Assembly (NCBI GenBank): GCA_045863235.1
Contig: BTUM01000010.1
Location: 63,242 to 127,241 of the forward strand
Direction: 5' to 3'
DNA: 64,000 nt
From: Candidatus Xenobia bacterium
GTDB taxonomy: Bacteria > Vulcanimicrobiota > Xenobia > Xenobiales > QWHO01
This document shows, piece by piece, positions 36,526-47,501 of this stretch. A program made the translations under genes and the position numbers. How positions within the stretch are numbered: position 1 is the stretch's first letter; each line of letters starts with the position of its first letter. The notes beneath the pieces were generated by a model. The model made no database searches. It saw only the letters and a list, made by a program, of their open reading frames with translations, and was not told the DNA's origin.

Positions 36526-36774
36526 CTAGCGAGCCGCAGCAGGCGCGATCATAACGACCAGCGACTTGTTCACGGCGATGAAGTCTAAGGTATCCAGCGC
36601 TTCATCACCGGAAAGGTCATACACGGTGGCATTGGTCACCGGAATGAAATCGCGCTCCTTGTTGACTTCGTCCAACAGCCGACCGCCCGGAGCCACATGG
36701 ATGTCGCCTTCGAGACGGTAGGTTGTGGTCAACAGGATGACACGAATGGTCTCTTTGATCGACCTGATACCCAC
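36526..36774 (-). CDS. Small conserved hypothetical protein (DUF6812-like)
   Basis: LEGDIHV..GGRLLDEVN...FIPVTNA...FIAVNK pattern; start approximate. Confidence 0.6.
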   Translation of the reverse strand: MGIRSIKETIRVILLTTTYRLEGDIHVAPGGRLLDEVNKERDFIPVTNATVYDLSGDEALDTLDFIAVNKSLVVMIAPAAAR

Positions 36775-36884
36775 GACTGGCCGGCGAGTTTGACATGTTT
36801 TCCAGCTTTTCCTGTGCCGAGGGGGAACTTGTCGGGCGGACCTGCCCCGGGAGACTTGTTTCCAACCTCGCCAGGATGCCGTTC

Positions 36885-36913
36885 TAGACAAGACGGATTG
36901 AAAGCGCTATACT
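36885..36913 (+). promoter_or_regulatory. Sigma70-like promoter of the helicase gene
   Basis: TAGACA-17nt-TATACT, 11 nt before ATG 36925. Confidence 0.6.
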
Positions 36914-36924
36914 CCCTCCTCGAC

Positions 36925-38181
36925 ATGAACCTGCAAAAAACCTGGAAACAGATCGAAGAAAACGTACAGCAAGTGGCCGTCGCCAGCGAGCTGATTCAGC
37001 CCGGCGAGAGCTTCACCCTCACCGACGACCAGTCCAACTCCATCGACACCCTGCTCGACCGCCTCCGTCGCGGCGACCAGCGACTCTTGTTGGTGGCTCC
37101 CACCGGCTCAGGCAAGACCGAAGTCTTCTTCCGGACCGCGGTCCGGCGCGTGCTCGAGGAAGGTCGCGCCGTGGTCATCCTGGTGCCCACCCGAGACCTG
37201 GCCCGGCAGCAGTTCCAGTACATGCTCGACCGGCTCGAGAACACCGACCTTGAAATCGCCCAGATGCACGGCGGCGTGCCTCCCCGAGAGCGGCGCGAGA
37301 TTAAGGAAGGGGTCGAAAAGGGACAGATCCACATCGTGGTCGGCAGCGCGATGCTGCTGCAGCACTCGAGCTACCGCTCCATGCTGGAGAGCGCTGCCCT
37401 GATGGTGGTGGACGACGTCAACGCCTTCGACGAAGAGGAAGACCTCAAGCACATCACGGGGTTGCGCTGCCAGGTGCTGTTCACCAGCGCCACGCCCGAC
37501 GCCGTGGGGCGGTTCCTCAAGCGCGAAGGGGCGATGGACAATCGCATCGAGATGAAGCAGATGCCCTTCGATTCGCCCCCCACCGAGGTGCACCACATTC
37601 CAGCCAGTTGGAACGAGAACATCTTCAGCCAGATCGACCGGGGACTGCCGGTGCTGCAGCGCCACCTCGACGACGGCAGCCGCATCTACGTCATCAGCCG
37701 GACCAGAGCCCGGGTCCCGGTCATCGCCCAGTATCTGCAGGACCGTTTCAAGGTGCCTGTCAGCATGCTGCACGGCGACATGGCCGACTCGCACGAGCAT
37801 CGGAAAAGGATGCGCGGGCGCGGGAACAGCCAGGTGCGCGAGGACCGCATCTCGATGATGCGTCAGTTCCGTGATCACAAACCGGCCATCCTGGTGGCCA
37901 CCAACCTGGTAGGCTCGGGGCTGGACATTCCCATGGCCGACCTGGTCATCGTCACCGACGCCGACCACTTCGGACCTGCCGAGATCGAGCAGCTGACCGG
38001 TCGGGTGGGCCGTCGCGAGCGCCACTCGGACGCGGTGCTCGTGGAAGGGACCATCTCGGCTCACCGGGCCTCCGAGCCCAGAATCAAAGCGACCAGCTTC
38101 GTACGCAAGGGCAAGGTGGTGACGATGTATCGCATCGTGAATCGCAAGCCCGGCCGGGGTGGCCGTCGCCGCGCTGTCTGA
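36925..38181 (+). CDS. SF2 helicase/ATPase, RecG-like core only
   Basis: APTGSGKT, VPTRDLA, VVDDVN, SATP, ATNLVGSGLDIP, EQLTGRVGR. Confidence 0.8.
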   Translation: MNLQKTWKQIEENVQQVAVASELIQPGESFTLTDDQSNSIDTLLDRLRRGDQRLLLVAPTGSGKTEVFFRTAVRRVLEEGRAVVILVPTRDLARQQFQYMLDRLENTDLEIAQMHGGVPPRERREIKEGVEKGQIHIVVGSAMLLQHSSYRSMLESAALMVVDDVNAFDEEEDLKHITGLRCQVLFTSATPDAVGRFLKREGAMDNRIEMKQMPFDSPPTEVHHIPASWNENIFSQIDRGLPVLQRHLDDGSRIYVISRTRARVPVIAQYLQDRFKVPVSMLHGDMADSHEHRKRMRGRGNSQVREDRISMMRQFRDHKPAILVATNLVGSGLDIPMADLVIVTDADHFGPAEIEQLTGRVGRRERHSDAVLVEGTISAHRASEPRIKATSFVRKGKVVTMYRIVNRKPGRGGRRRAV

Positions 38182-38237
38182 GGGCGCTGCGAGCTGGGCT
38201 TTGAGGGGCGGAGCCCCTCAGCTGCTGGCGCGGCAAG

Positions 38238-38253
38238 TTTGACGACCGTCAAA
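38238..38253. promoter_or_regulatory. 16-bp palindromic operator candidate
   Basis: TTTGACG-AC-CGTCAAA about 90 nt upstream of the desaturase. Confidence 0.55.
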
Positions 38254-38343
38254 GTATAGAAAAATCTTCGCCCAGACTGTCCGAGATCGATACGCCCGGG
38301 TATAACCCTCGGGAAATCCGGTAGAAAAGTGAGATGAATTGGT

Positions 38344-39248
<905 letters not shown>

Positions 39249-39252
<4 letters not shown>

Positions 39253-40487
39253 TCCACATCCCTCTGCCCGAGGAGACCGGGCTGGTCCTGGGCATCTACT
39301 TTCGGGCCCTGGGCCCACCCTATCGCCCCGAGGAGATTCTCAAGTTCCATCGCGAGTGGGTGCAGCGTCAGGTGAAATCGCCCCTACGCGAGCGTCTGCT
39401 GGCTCGAAACGACCAGTTGGAGGTCTCGGTCACCACGGCCGCGGAGGGTCCTCCTACCCCTCCGCCCGACCTCTTGTCCATGTTCGGGGACACCCAGGAG
39501 CAGGTCAAGAAGCTGAGGGGAGCCACTCACGCCTGCGTGGCCTCCGATTTCTCCTCCGACGGGGTAGCCCTCTGGAATGTGCTGGCGCTTGCTCATGCTC
39601 TGCTTGACAAGGCCGTGGACGGGGTCTGCTTCGATCCTCTGCGCCTTTCCCTCAAGGAGCCGCCCGAGGTGAACGGCCAGCTGCGCATCGCCCAGCACAT
39701 CATCGTGCCTTTCTCAGTAGAGGCCGAAGGACTGGGCTGGATGACCACCAAGGGCCTGTGCAAGTTCGGCCTGCCTGAGCTCGAGTTCACCGATGTCCCC
39801 CCGGCCCTGGCCAACGACCTGATCGACGTGATGAATGGACTGGCCGGCTACCTGCAACGGCTGGCGGCCCGCGCCCCGGGCGCCGAGCTGGTCCTGCAGG
39901 ACGAGCTCCAGTTTCCGCTCCGAGAGCTGCTCGAAAGTCTGGCCGGCAAGCCTGGCGACTCGGAGAGCTCGACCTCGACCCTGCTGGGCCTGACTTACAA
40001 TCCCTCCGACGAAGAGGACGGCGCCGATTTTCTCAGCGTGCACCCGCCGGACGAGTATCAGCAGCTCCCCGAAACCTGGTATTACCAGCTTCTGGAAGAC
40101 CTGTGGGGTCGCAAAGAGACCATGGTCAACGTGGAGGGCGACCTGCTCTTGCAGGCCCACAAACGTGCCCTGGACGAGTTGCCGGTGCTCAAGAGCCGAT
40201 TTCAGGCGGGCCTCGAGCCGGGGGAGATCGCCATGGTCAAGTATGGCTTCCCCTACGGCGAGGAGGATCGACTCGAGTTCATGTGGATCACGCTCGAGTC
40301 CTGGCGCGGAGAAACCCTGGTTGGCCTGTTGAGCAACCATCCGGTGCACTGCACCGAGCTCTGCGCCGGCGCCCGGGTGGAAATCCCCGAGGAAGGCATC
40401 TTCGACTGGACGCTGCACGGCGCGGACGGAAAGTGGATCGGTGGCTACACCGACAGTATCGTGCGCGAGTGGATGCCTAGCGAGTGA
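39249..40487 (+). CDS. DUF2314 (YegJ-like) domain protein
   Basis: WMTTKGLCKFGLPELE; C-terminal EFMWI...G.LSNHP...IFDW...GGYT. Start uncertain (CTG 39249/39282 or GTG 39360). Confidence 0.7.
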
Positions 40488-40782
40488 GCCAGCCGCGCGG
40501 CGGCAGTTTGCCCCGGGCGGCCTTCAGGGGCTCTCCCAGGGGAACGCCCCGCTCCAGAAAGAGCTCGGGGTTGCAGGTCAGAACCAGATTTTCACCCTGA
40601 AAGCGCTGCCGCAGCTCATTGAGAACCCGGTTGAGCACTTCTTCGCGGGAGTCTCCCAGGCCGGTGGCGATGACGCGTTCCTCATGGCGAACCGTAACGA
40701 CCCAGCCGTTCCCGCCGCAATCAAAGGAGAGCTGGACCTCACAGGACCTTCCCCCTACGTTCCGTCTCAGTTTCTCGGCCAT
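40477..40782 (-). CDS. Small hypothetical protein (101 aa)
   Basis: ATG 40782 with AGGAG RBS; fills the gap between genes. Confidence 0.55.
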   Translation of the reverse strand: MAEKLRRNVGGRSCEVQLSFDCGGNGWVVTVRHEERVIATGLGDSREEVLNRVLNELRQRFQGENLVLTCNPELFLERGVPLGEPLKAARGKLPPRGWLTR

Positions 40783-40998
40783 CGAGCGCTCCTGGCAAGA
40801 TTTAAGGGGACCAATTCGCTCCTTCGAGGCGAAGATCCCTGCCAGACCCTGCCAATCCGGGAAAAAAACCGTAGAACATCTGCTCGGGGAACGCCCCGTC
40901 GCGAAAGGAACTCTGTCCGAGCTCATAGAAGAGCCGGCCCGATTTTCGGGCAGATCCGCGCTATGACGCCGCTCGAGTAGCATCCAGGTGGAGGAACG

Positions 40999-41706
40999 AT
41001 GAACAAGGTTGGCACTCTCGAGCAAGCTCTGGCTCGAGTGCACGACGGCAGCACGATCATGATGGGCGGCTTCGGTCTGTGCGGCATACCCGAGAACCTG
41101 GTGCGAGCACTGGCTCGATCGGGCAAGAAGAATCTCACCATCATCAGCAACAACGCCGGCGTCGACAGCGCCGGCATCGGCCTGTTGATCAACAACGGTC
41201 AGGTGCGCAAGATGATCTCGAGCTACATAGGCGAGAACAAGGTGCTGGAGGCCAAAGTGATCTCCGGGGAGATCGACGTGGAACTGAACCCCCAGGGGAC
41301 CCTGGCCGAACGCATCCGTTGCGGAGGGGCCGGCATCGCCGCTTTCTTCACCCCCACCGGCGTGGGCACACTGGTGGCCGAAGGCAAGGAGGTACGCGAG
41401 TTCGACGGCCGCCCGTACGTGATGGAGCGCGCCCTGCGGGCCGACGTGGCGTTCGTCAAAGCCTACCAGGCCGACCACCACGGAAACCTGGTCTACCGCA
41501 AGACCACCCGCAACTTCAATCCAGTCATGGCCACCGCGGCCGACTTCGTGGTCGCCGAGGTGGAGGAGATCGTGCCGGCCGGCACGCTCCACACCGAGAA
41601 CATCGTCACGCCCAGCGTCTTCGTGGACATGGTCATCAAGGGAGAGCAGTATGAAAAGCGAATCGAAAAAAGAGTTTATCGCGAAAAGAGTGGCGCAGGA
41701 GCTTAA
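40999..41706 (+). CDS. scoA: 3-oxoacid CoA-transferase subunit A
   Basis: [26 protein letters not shown]. Confidence 0.92.
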   Translation: MNKVGTLEQALARVHDGSTIMMGGFGLCGIPENLVRALARSGKKNLTIISNNAGVDSAGIGLLINNGQVRKMISSYIGENKVLEAKVISGEIDVELNPQGTLAERIRCGGAGIAAFFTPTGVGTLVAEGKEVREFDGRPYVMERALRADVAFVKAYQADHHGNLVYRKTTRNFNPVMATAADFVVAEVEEIVPAGTLHTENIVTPSVFVDMVIKGEQYEKRIEKRVYREKSGAGA

Positions 41707-42307
41707 AGACGGCTATTACGTCAACCTGGGCATCGGCATTCCCACCCTGGTGGCCAACTATATCCCCGAGGGGATGCACGTAATCCTTCACTCCGAGAAT
41801 GGGATGCTGGGCATCGGACCTTATCCATACGAGGGTGAGGAAGACGCCGATCTGATCAATGCCGGCAAGGAGACCGTGACCGAGATCCCGGGCACCTCCT
41901 ACTTCAGCTCGGCCGAGTCCTTCGCCATGGTACGCGGAGGCCACATCGACCTCACCGTCATCGGTGGGATGGAGGTCGACCAGGAGGGGAACCTGGCCAA
42001 CTGGATGATCCCCGGGAAAATGGTCAAGGGGATGGGAGGAGCCATGGACCTGGTGGCCGGCTCCAAACGGGTCATCATCGCGATGCAGCACGTGGGCCCC
42101 GATGGCTCGCCCAAGATTTTGAAGAAGTGCCGGCTCCCGCTGACGGGGCAGAAAGTGGTGGACACCGTGGTAACCGACATGGCCGTCATCAAGGTCACGC
42201 CCGAGGGGATGGTGCTGCTCGAGACCGCTCCCGGCGTGACGGTGGACGAGGTTCTGGCCTGCACCGAGGCCGAGCTCAAAGTGGCCGCCTCGGCGGGAGG
42301 AAAGTGA
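41651..42307 (+). CDS. scoB: 3-oxoacid CoA-transferase subunit B
   Basis: [21 protein letters not shown]. Confidence 0.92.
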   Translation: MKSESKKEFIAKRVAQELKDGYYVNLGIGIPTLVANYIPEGMHVILHSENGMLGIGPYPYEGEEDADLINAGKETVTEIPGTSYFSSAESFAMVRGGHIDLTVIGGMEVDQEGNLANWMIPGKMVKGMGGAMDLVAGSKRVIIAMQHVGPDGSPKILKKCRLPLTGQKVVDTVVTDMAVIKVTPEGMVLLETAPGVTVDEVLACTEAELKVAASAGGK

Positions 42308-42309
42308 GC

Positions 42310-43494
42310 ATGGCCGCCATCACGATGTCTCCCAGCATTCCCTGCGACAACCACCTGACCCAGGAGCGCCACCGTGCCTTCCGCGAGAAGCTGCGCGCCT
42401 TTCTGGCCGAGCACGCCGACCCCATCGCCGAACAGCATGAAGCCGAAGCCCGTTTCCCGCGCGAGCTGTTGCAGAAGATGGCCCGCGAGGGCTATCTGGG
42501 CGTTCCCTTCGGCGCTCAGTACGGCGGAGCCGGGCTCGACCCTCTGAGCCTGGCCATCTTGATCGAGGAGACCTCGCGCTGCTGGGGCTCGCTGGGCATC
42601 ATTCTGGCCGCCCATATCGGCCTGGGCTCAAACCCGATCGCGATGTGGGGCAACGAGGAGCAAAAGCAGAAGTATCTGGTTCCGCTGGCCCGGGGCGAGC
42701 GACTGGGCGGCTACGGCTTGACCGAGCCCCAGGCTGGCTCGGACTCGGGGGCGACCCTGACCAACGCCGTGCTCGATGGCGACCACTGGGTGATCAACGG
42801 CACCAAGTGCTGGTGCACCAACGCCACCGAAGCTTTCAGCTACGTGGTCAGCGCGGTTACCGACCCCGACCTGGGGAAGAGCGGCATCTCGGCCTTCATC
42901 ATCGAGAAAGACTTCCCGGGCTTCTCCTTCGGCAAGAAGGAGGACAAACTGGGCCTGCGCGCCTCTGCCACCGGCACCTTGATCTTCGACAACTGCCGGG
43001 TCCCCAGGGAGAACCTGCTGGGCGAGCGCGGACAGGGATTCAAATACTTCATGCAGACCCTGGACGGGGGACGCATCACCATCGGCGCCATGGCGCTGGG
43101 CCTGGCCCAGTGCGCGCTGGACGAGGTGGCCGCGGTGCTCGTCAAGGAGCGCCTGACGGCCGATATCTTCGAGCATGAGCTGCGCCTGGCTCCGCTGGCC
43201 GAGATGGCCGTGGATGTGGCCGCCGCCCGCTCGCTGGTCTACGAAGCAGCCATCACCCGCTCGCTGCGACCCCGCTGGACGCTGGAGGGAGCGGTGGCGA
43301 AGTACCTGGCCAGCGAGGTGGGCATGCGGGTCAGCAGCAAGGCGGTCGAGATGCTGGCCGAACGCGGCCTCTTGATGAACAGCCGCGTCTCGCGCGCCTT
43401 CCGGGACGCCAAGCTTTGCACCATCGGCGAAGGAACCAATGAAATCCAGAAAGTCGTCATCGCCCGCGAGCTGCTTCGCACGCTCGAGGCCTGA
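42310..43494 (+). CDS. Acyl-CoA dehydrogenase with degenerate inter-subunit FAD motifs
   Basis: LTEPQAGSD and IGEGTNEIQ present; R-x-QF and HGGxG absent. Confidence 0.9.
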   Translation: MAAITMSPSIPCDNHLTQERHRAFREKLRAFLAEHADPIAEQHEAEARFPRELLQKMAREGYLGVPFGAQYGGAGLDPLSLAILIEETSRCWGSLGIILAAHIGLGSNPIAMWGNEEQKQKYLVPLARGERLGGYGLTEPQAGSDSGATLTNAVLDGDHWVINGTKCWCTNATEAFSYVVSAVTDPDLGKSGISAFIIEKDFPGFSFGKKEDKLGLRASATGTLIFDNCRVPRENLLGERGQGFKYFMQTLDGGRITIGAMALGLAQCALDEVAAVLVKERLTADIFEHELRLAPLAEMAVDVAAARSLVYEAAITRSLRPRWTLEGAVAKYLASEVGMRVSSKAVEMLAERGLLMNSRVSRAFRDAKLCTIGEGTNEIQKVVIARELLRTLEA

Positions 43495-43514
43495 CCCGGA
43501 ATGAAGGAGTAAAC

Positions 43515-44690
43515 ATGAGCCAGACCATGACCCAGAAGCCCTCAGGCTTCTGCTTCGAGTTATCGGAAGACCACAAGATGGTCCAGCAGATGGTGCGCGA
43601 CTTCGCGTCCGAGCACCTCGCCCCCCGGGCGGCCCACTATGACCGCACCTGCGAGTTCCCCTGGGAGAACGTCAAGAAGATGGCCGAGCTGGGCCTGATG
43701 GGCGTTACCGTGCCGGAAGAGTTTGGTGGGGCCGGCATGGACTCGCTGGCCTATTCCATCGTGATCGAGGAGATCTCGCGGGCCTGCGCCGCTACCGGCG
43801 TGATCACCGCGGTGCAGAACTCCCTGGGCGAGTACCCTCTCATGGCCTTTGGCACCGACGATCAGAAGAAGAAGTACCTGCCATTGATGGCCAGGGGAGA
43901 GAAGATCGCCGCCTACGCGCTGACCGAGCCCGGCTCGGGCTCGGATTCGGCCGGCATGCAGACCCGCTGCGAGCTGCAGGGCGACCACTGGGTGCTCAAC
44001 GGCCAGAAGAACTGGATCACCAACTCCACCGGGGCTGAGATCTTCATCGTCTACGCCACCAAGGACCCCGAGCTCAAGCACAAGGGCATCTGCTGCTTCA
44101 TCGTGGAGAAGGGTTGGGAAGGCTTCACCATCGGCAAGCACGAGGAGACTCTGGGAGTGCGGGCCTCGGGCACCTGCGGCCTGACCTTCGAGAACTGCAA
44201 GGTTCCCAAAGAGAACCTGCTGGGAGTCGAGGGCGAGGGCTTCAAGATCGCCATGCAGGCACTGGACACTGGTCGCGTGGGCATCGCCGCCCAGGCCGTG
44301 GGCATCGCCCAGGCCGCCCTGGACAACGCGCTGCGCTACTCCAAGGAGCGCCAGCAGTTCAAGAAGGCTATCTCCGAGTTCCAGCTGGTACAGGAGATGC
44401 TGGTCCAGATGGCGGTCGAGATCGACGCCGCCCGGTTGATGCTCTACCGCGCCGCTTTGAAGCGCGACTCGGGGGAGAAGTTCACCAAGGAGGCCTCCAT
44501 GGCCAAGCTGTATTGCTCCGAGGTGGCTATGCGGGCGGCTTTGAACGCCGTGCAGGTTCACGGGGGCTACGGTTACTCCAAGGAATATCCCGTGGAGCGC
44601 TTGCTGCGCGACGCCAAGGTGACCCAGATCTACGAAGGCACTTCGGAGATCCAGAAGCTGGTCATCGCGCGCGAGCTGCTGCGTGATTGA
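43515..44690 (+). CDS. Short-chain (butyryl-type) acyl-CoA dehydrogenase
   Basis: LTEPGSGSD, ERQQF, QVHGGYGY, IYEGTSEIQ. Confidence 0.93.
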   Translation: MSQTMTQKPSGFCFELSEDHKMVQQMVRDFASEHLAPRAAHYDRTCEFPWENVKKMAELGLMGVTVPEEFGGAGMDSLAYSIVIEEISRACAATGVITAVQNSLGEYPLMAFGTDDQKKKYLPLMARGEKIAAYALTEPGSGSDSAGMQTRCELQGDHWVLNGQKNWITNSTGAEIFIVYATKDPELKHKGICCFIVEKGWEGFTIGKHEETLGVRASGTCGLTFENCKVPKENLLGVEGEGFKIAMQALDTGRVGIAAQAVGIAQAALDNALRYSKERQQFKKAISEFQLVQEMLVQMAVEIDAARLMLYRAALKRDSGEKFTKEASMAKLYCSEVAMRAALNAVQVHGGYGYSKEYPVERLLRDAKVTQIYEGTSEIQKLVIARELLRD

Positions 44691-44742
44691 AACCCTGTCG
44701 AGAATCATCGGTCCGTGCAAGGGACTGTAGGAGGAACAAACC

Positions 44743-45528
44743 ATGAACGTCATTGCCTGTGTCCGGCAGACCCCTGACACCGAGTCTGCCATCAAGATTG
44801 CGGCCGATGGCCGCACCATCAATACGGACGGCCTGAAGTACGTGCTCGGCCCCTATGACGAGTACAGCCACGAAGCCGCCGTACAACTGGTAGAAAAGAA
44901 CGGCGGCGAGGTGACCGCCATCTCCTTTGGCCCCGAGCGGGTCAAGGAGACGCTGCGCAACTGCCTGGCCATCGGGGCCTCCAGGGCGGTACATATCCAC
45001 GACGAGGACACCTCTCACGACGACGCCCTGGCCATCGCAACCGCCCTGGCCGCGGCCATCAAGCCGATGAGCTACGACGTGATCTTCACCTCCAACAAGG
45101 GCACCGACTCGGACCGCGGTCTGGTGGGCGCCATGCTGGCCGAGAAGCTGGGACTGCCCTACGTGGGCCTGGTTTCCGAGCTGGAAGTCGAGGACGGCGG
45201 CAAAGCCCTCATGTGCAGCCGCGACGTCGAGGGGGGCCAGCGCGAGAAGATCAAGGTCACCCTGCCGGCCGTGGTCTGCGCCCAGAAGGGCCTGCGCGAG
45301 CCGCGCTACGCCTCCTTGATGAATATCATGCAGGCCAAGAAGAAGCCCATGGAGACCAAAACCGTGGCCGAACTGGGCGTGGATACCGCCGGGGCAGTCA
45401 AGCTCGAGGTCGAGAAGATGGAGTACCCCCCCCAGCGTCCACCGGGACGCCTCGTGGAAGGCGGCAGCGTGGATGAGAAGGTCAAGGAGCTGGTGCGCCT
45501 GCTCAAAGAGGAAGCCAAGGTTTTGTAG
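44743..45528 (+). CDS. etfB: Electron transfer flavoprotein beta subunit
   Basis: CVRQTPDT, PYDEY, EPRYASL. Confidence 0.93.
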   Translation: MNVIACVRQTPDTESAIKIAADGRTINTDGLKYVLGPYDEYSHEAAVQLVEKNGGEVTAISFGPERVKETLRNCLAIGASRAVHIHDEDTSHDDALAIATALAAAIKPMSYDVIFTSNKGTDSDRGLVGAMLAEKLGLPYVGLVSELEVEDGGKALMCSRDVEGGQREKIKVTLPAVVCAQKGLREPRYASLMNIMQAKKKPMETKTVAELGVDTAGAVKLEVEKMEYPPQRPPGRLVEGGSVDEKVKELVRLLKEEAKVL

Positions 45529-45534
45529 GAGGAC

Positions 45535-46512
45535 ATGATGGGTAACGGAATCTGGGTGATCGGGGAAGGCAAAGGAGAGCTTTCCCGGGCCACATGTGAA
45601 TGTTTGAGCGAAGCCCGCCGGCTGGCCGGCGAGGACAAGGTGAGCTGTCTCTTGCTCGGCTCGGGAGTGAGCGGCTGGGCGGCCCAGGCCGGCAAGTTCG
45701 GCGCCGACGAGGTGCTGGTTTGCGACAACGCCGAGTTGGGCAAGTACAATCTGGAAACCTGGGCCCACCTGGTGGCCACGGCGGTGGAAAGCAAGAAACC
45801 CGACCTGGTCCTGGTCCCGGCCACCACTCACGGGAACGAGGTGGCCGCCCGCGTGGCCGCCCGTCTGGGTCTGGGGCTGGCTTCGGAAGTCGTCTCCCTC
45901 TCCAGGGGTGATGACGGGCAGTTCCGGGCCGTGCGCCCGATGTATGCCGGCAAGGTGCGCGTCACCGTGCGGTTCAAGGACAACGGTACCCGGATGGCGA
46001 CGGTACGGCCCAACGTGCTGACCCTGGCCGAGACCGGCCGGGCCGGCGCTGTCTCCAGCCTGGACTTCGGCAAGCCCGAGAAGACCGGGGCCGACGTGGT
46101 CAGCGTGGAGACAAAGGGCGAAGGGGGCAGCGTGGACCTGTCGGAAGCCAGCATCGTGGTTTCGGGCGGGCGCGGCTTGAAGGGTCCCGAGAATTTCCAC
46201 CTGGTGCACTCGCTGGCCGAGGTGCTGGGCGGAGCCGTGGGCGCCTCGCGCATGGTGGTGGACGCGGGCTGGAAAGAGCACAGCTACCAGGTGGGCCAGA
46301 CCGGCCGGGTGGTCACCCCTGACCTCTACATCGCGGTGGGCATCTCAGGGGCCATCCAGCACCTGGTGGGCATGCAGAACGCCGGTTGCATCGTGGCCAT
46401 CAACAACAATCCCGAAGCCGCCATCTTCAAGGTGGCCGACTACGGGCTGGTGGGCGACCTGTTCGAAGTGGTGCCGGCCCTGACTGAAGAGCTCAAGCGC
46501 TCGCGCAACTAG
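45535..46512 (+). CDS. etfA: Electron transfer flavoprotein alpha subunit
   Basis: [20 protein letters not shown]. Confidence 0.94.
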   Translation: MMGNGIWVIGEGKGELSRATCECLSEARRLAGEDKVSCLLLGSGVSGWAAQAGKFGADEVLVCDNAELGKYNLETWAHLVATAVESKKPDLVLVPATTHGNEVAARVAARLGLGLASEVVSLSRGDDGQFRAVRPMYAGKVRVTVRFKDNGTRMATVRPNVLTLAETGRAGAVSSLDFGKPEKTGADVVSVETKGEGGSVDLSEASIVVSGGRGLKGPENFHLVHSLAEVLGGAVGASRMVVDAGWKEHSYQVGQTGRVVTPDLYIAVGISGAIQHLVGMQNAGCIVAINNNPEAAIFKVADYGLVGDLFEVVPALTEELKRSRN

Positions 46513-46513
46513 C

Positions 46514-46660
46514 AGAGTCCTCGAAGAGGGCTCTTGCATCATCCTGCGCTCAACAGATTGTGGAGCAGGCTGGTGGCGGAGCTCGGCTTCGACACCAGCC
46601 TGCTAGAGCTCCTGAGGAGCCATCCGCCAGGGCGGGTGGCTCCTTTCAGGTGGTGGATGC
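46514..46660 (+). other. Multi-hairpin structured intergenic element
   Basis: Stems 46514-46534, 46564-46604 and 46615-46644, each with G-U pairs on the + strand. Confidence 0.6.
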
Positions 46661-46706
46661 GGGAGAATTCTCGTAAGCCTGGGCAAGAAGCTCAACAGAA
46701 GAGAAT

Positions 46707-47501
46707 TTAGAACCGGTGGAAACGACCGGGGGCCAGAAAACTCAGCAGCACGAATGCCGAAGCCACCAGCAGAAGCAAGTTCACCCGCCGGCCCTGCCAA
46801 CCGCCCACCAGACGAAGGTGGAGGTAAGCCAGGTAGACGCACAGCGTGACCAGCACCATCTGGTTCTTGATGTCGCTGAAGGCGAACACCCAGTTACTCA
46901 TGACCATGCCAGTGGTGAGCCCCAGCAGCATCAGCGGGAAGCCGGCCAGGATCAGGCGATAGGCGGCCCGGTCCAGGGCGTCCAGCGAGGGCATCAGGCG
47001 GAACATCCCCCACACCTTCTTGGCCTTCAACAGACGGACCTGAACAAAATACAACAGCGCGCAGAAGGCGGCCAGCACGAAGGCGCCATAACCCACCATG
47101 TACGAGCCGACATGTAGATAGAACCAGAAGCTCTTACTGGGATTGAGGCCGGGGTCGGTGGACAGCACCAGCAGCGAGAAACAGGTCATCGCAAAGGCGG
47201 CCGGGGCAGCCACGGCGCCCAGCACCTCCATCTTCCACACCTTGCCCAGGATCAGATAGAGCCCGACCACGACCCAGGCCAGCGAGCCCAGGCTTTCGGC
47301 CATGCCGCTCAGGGGGGCGTGGCCCAGCGAGAGGCCGACCAGGAGCAGAGCCAGCGTGTGCAGGCCGAAGGCAGCCCAGAGCAGGTTGCGCCAGATGTGC
47401 CAGTCTTGCTCCTGACGGCGGAACAGGTTCCACTGAAAGCCCACCGAGGCCCCCAGGTAACCCAGCGCCGCCCCGCTCAGAGCAGCCAGGCCGCTGGTCA
47501 C
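46707..47501 (-). CDS. CcsA-family membrane protein, HemX-like
   Basis: About 8 TMs, YLHV, MPSLDALD; WWD motif degenerate; GTG overlaps the hemA stop. Confidence 0.75.
   Translation of the reverse strand: MTSGLAALSGAALGYLGASVGFQWNLFRRQEQDWHIWRNLLWAAFGLHTLALLLVGLSLGHAPLSGMAESLGSLAWVVVGLYLILGKVWKMEVLGAVAAPAAFAMTCFSLLVLSTDPGLNPSKSFWFYLHVGSYMVGYGAFVLAAFCALLYFVQVRLLKAKKVWGMFRLMPSLDALDRAAYRLILAGFPLMLLGLTTGMVMSNWVFAFSDIKNQMVLVTLCVYLAYLHLRLVGGWQGRRVNLLLLVASAFVLLSFLAPGRFHRF

Noticed and set aside
36925..38181. Cas3 or a defence-system helicase
   Set aside because: No HD domain or defence partners; motifs are RecG/Mfd-like.
38202..38220. Intrinsic terminator TGAGGGGC/GCCCCTCA after the helicase
   Set aside because: The stem is real but has no U tract on the + strand; function not supportable.
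46513..46706. tRNA, SRP, 6S or RNase P RNA
   Set aside because: No cloverleaf with CCA end, SRP GGAA loop motif or RNase P signature recognised; kept as an unassigned structured element.
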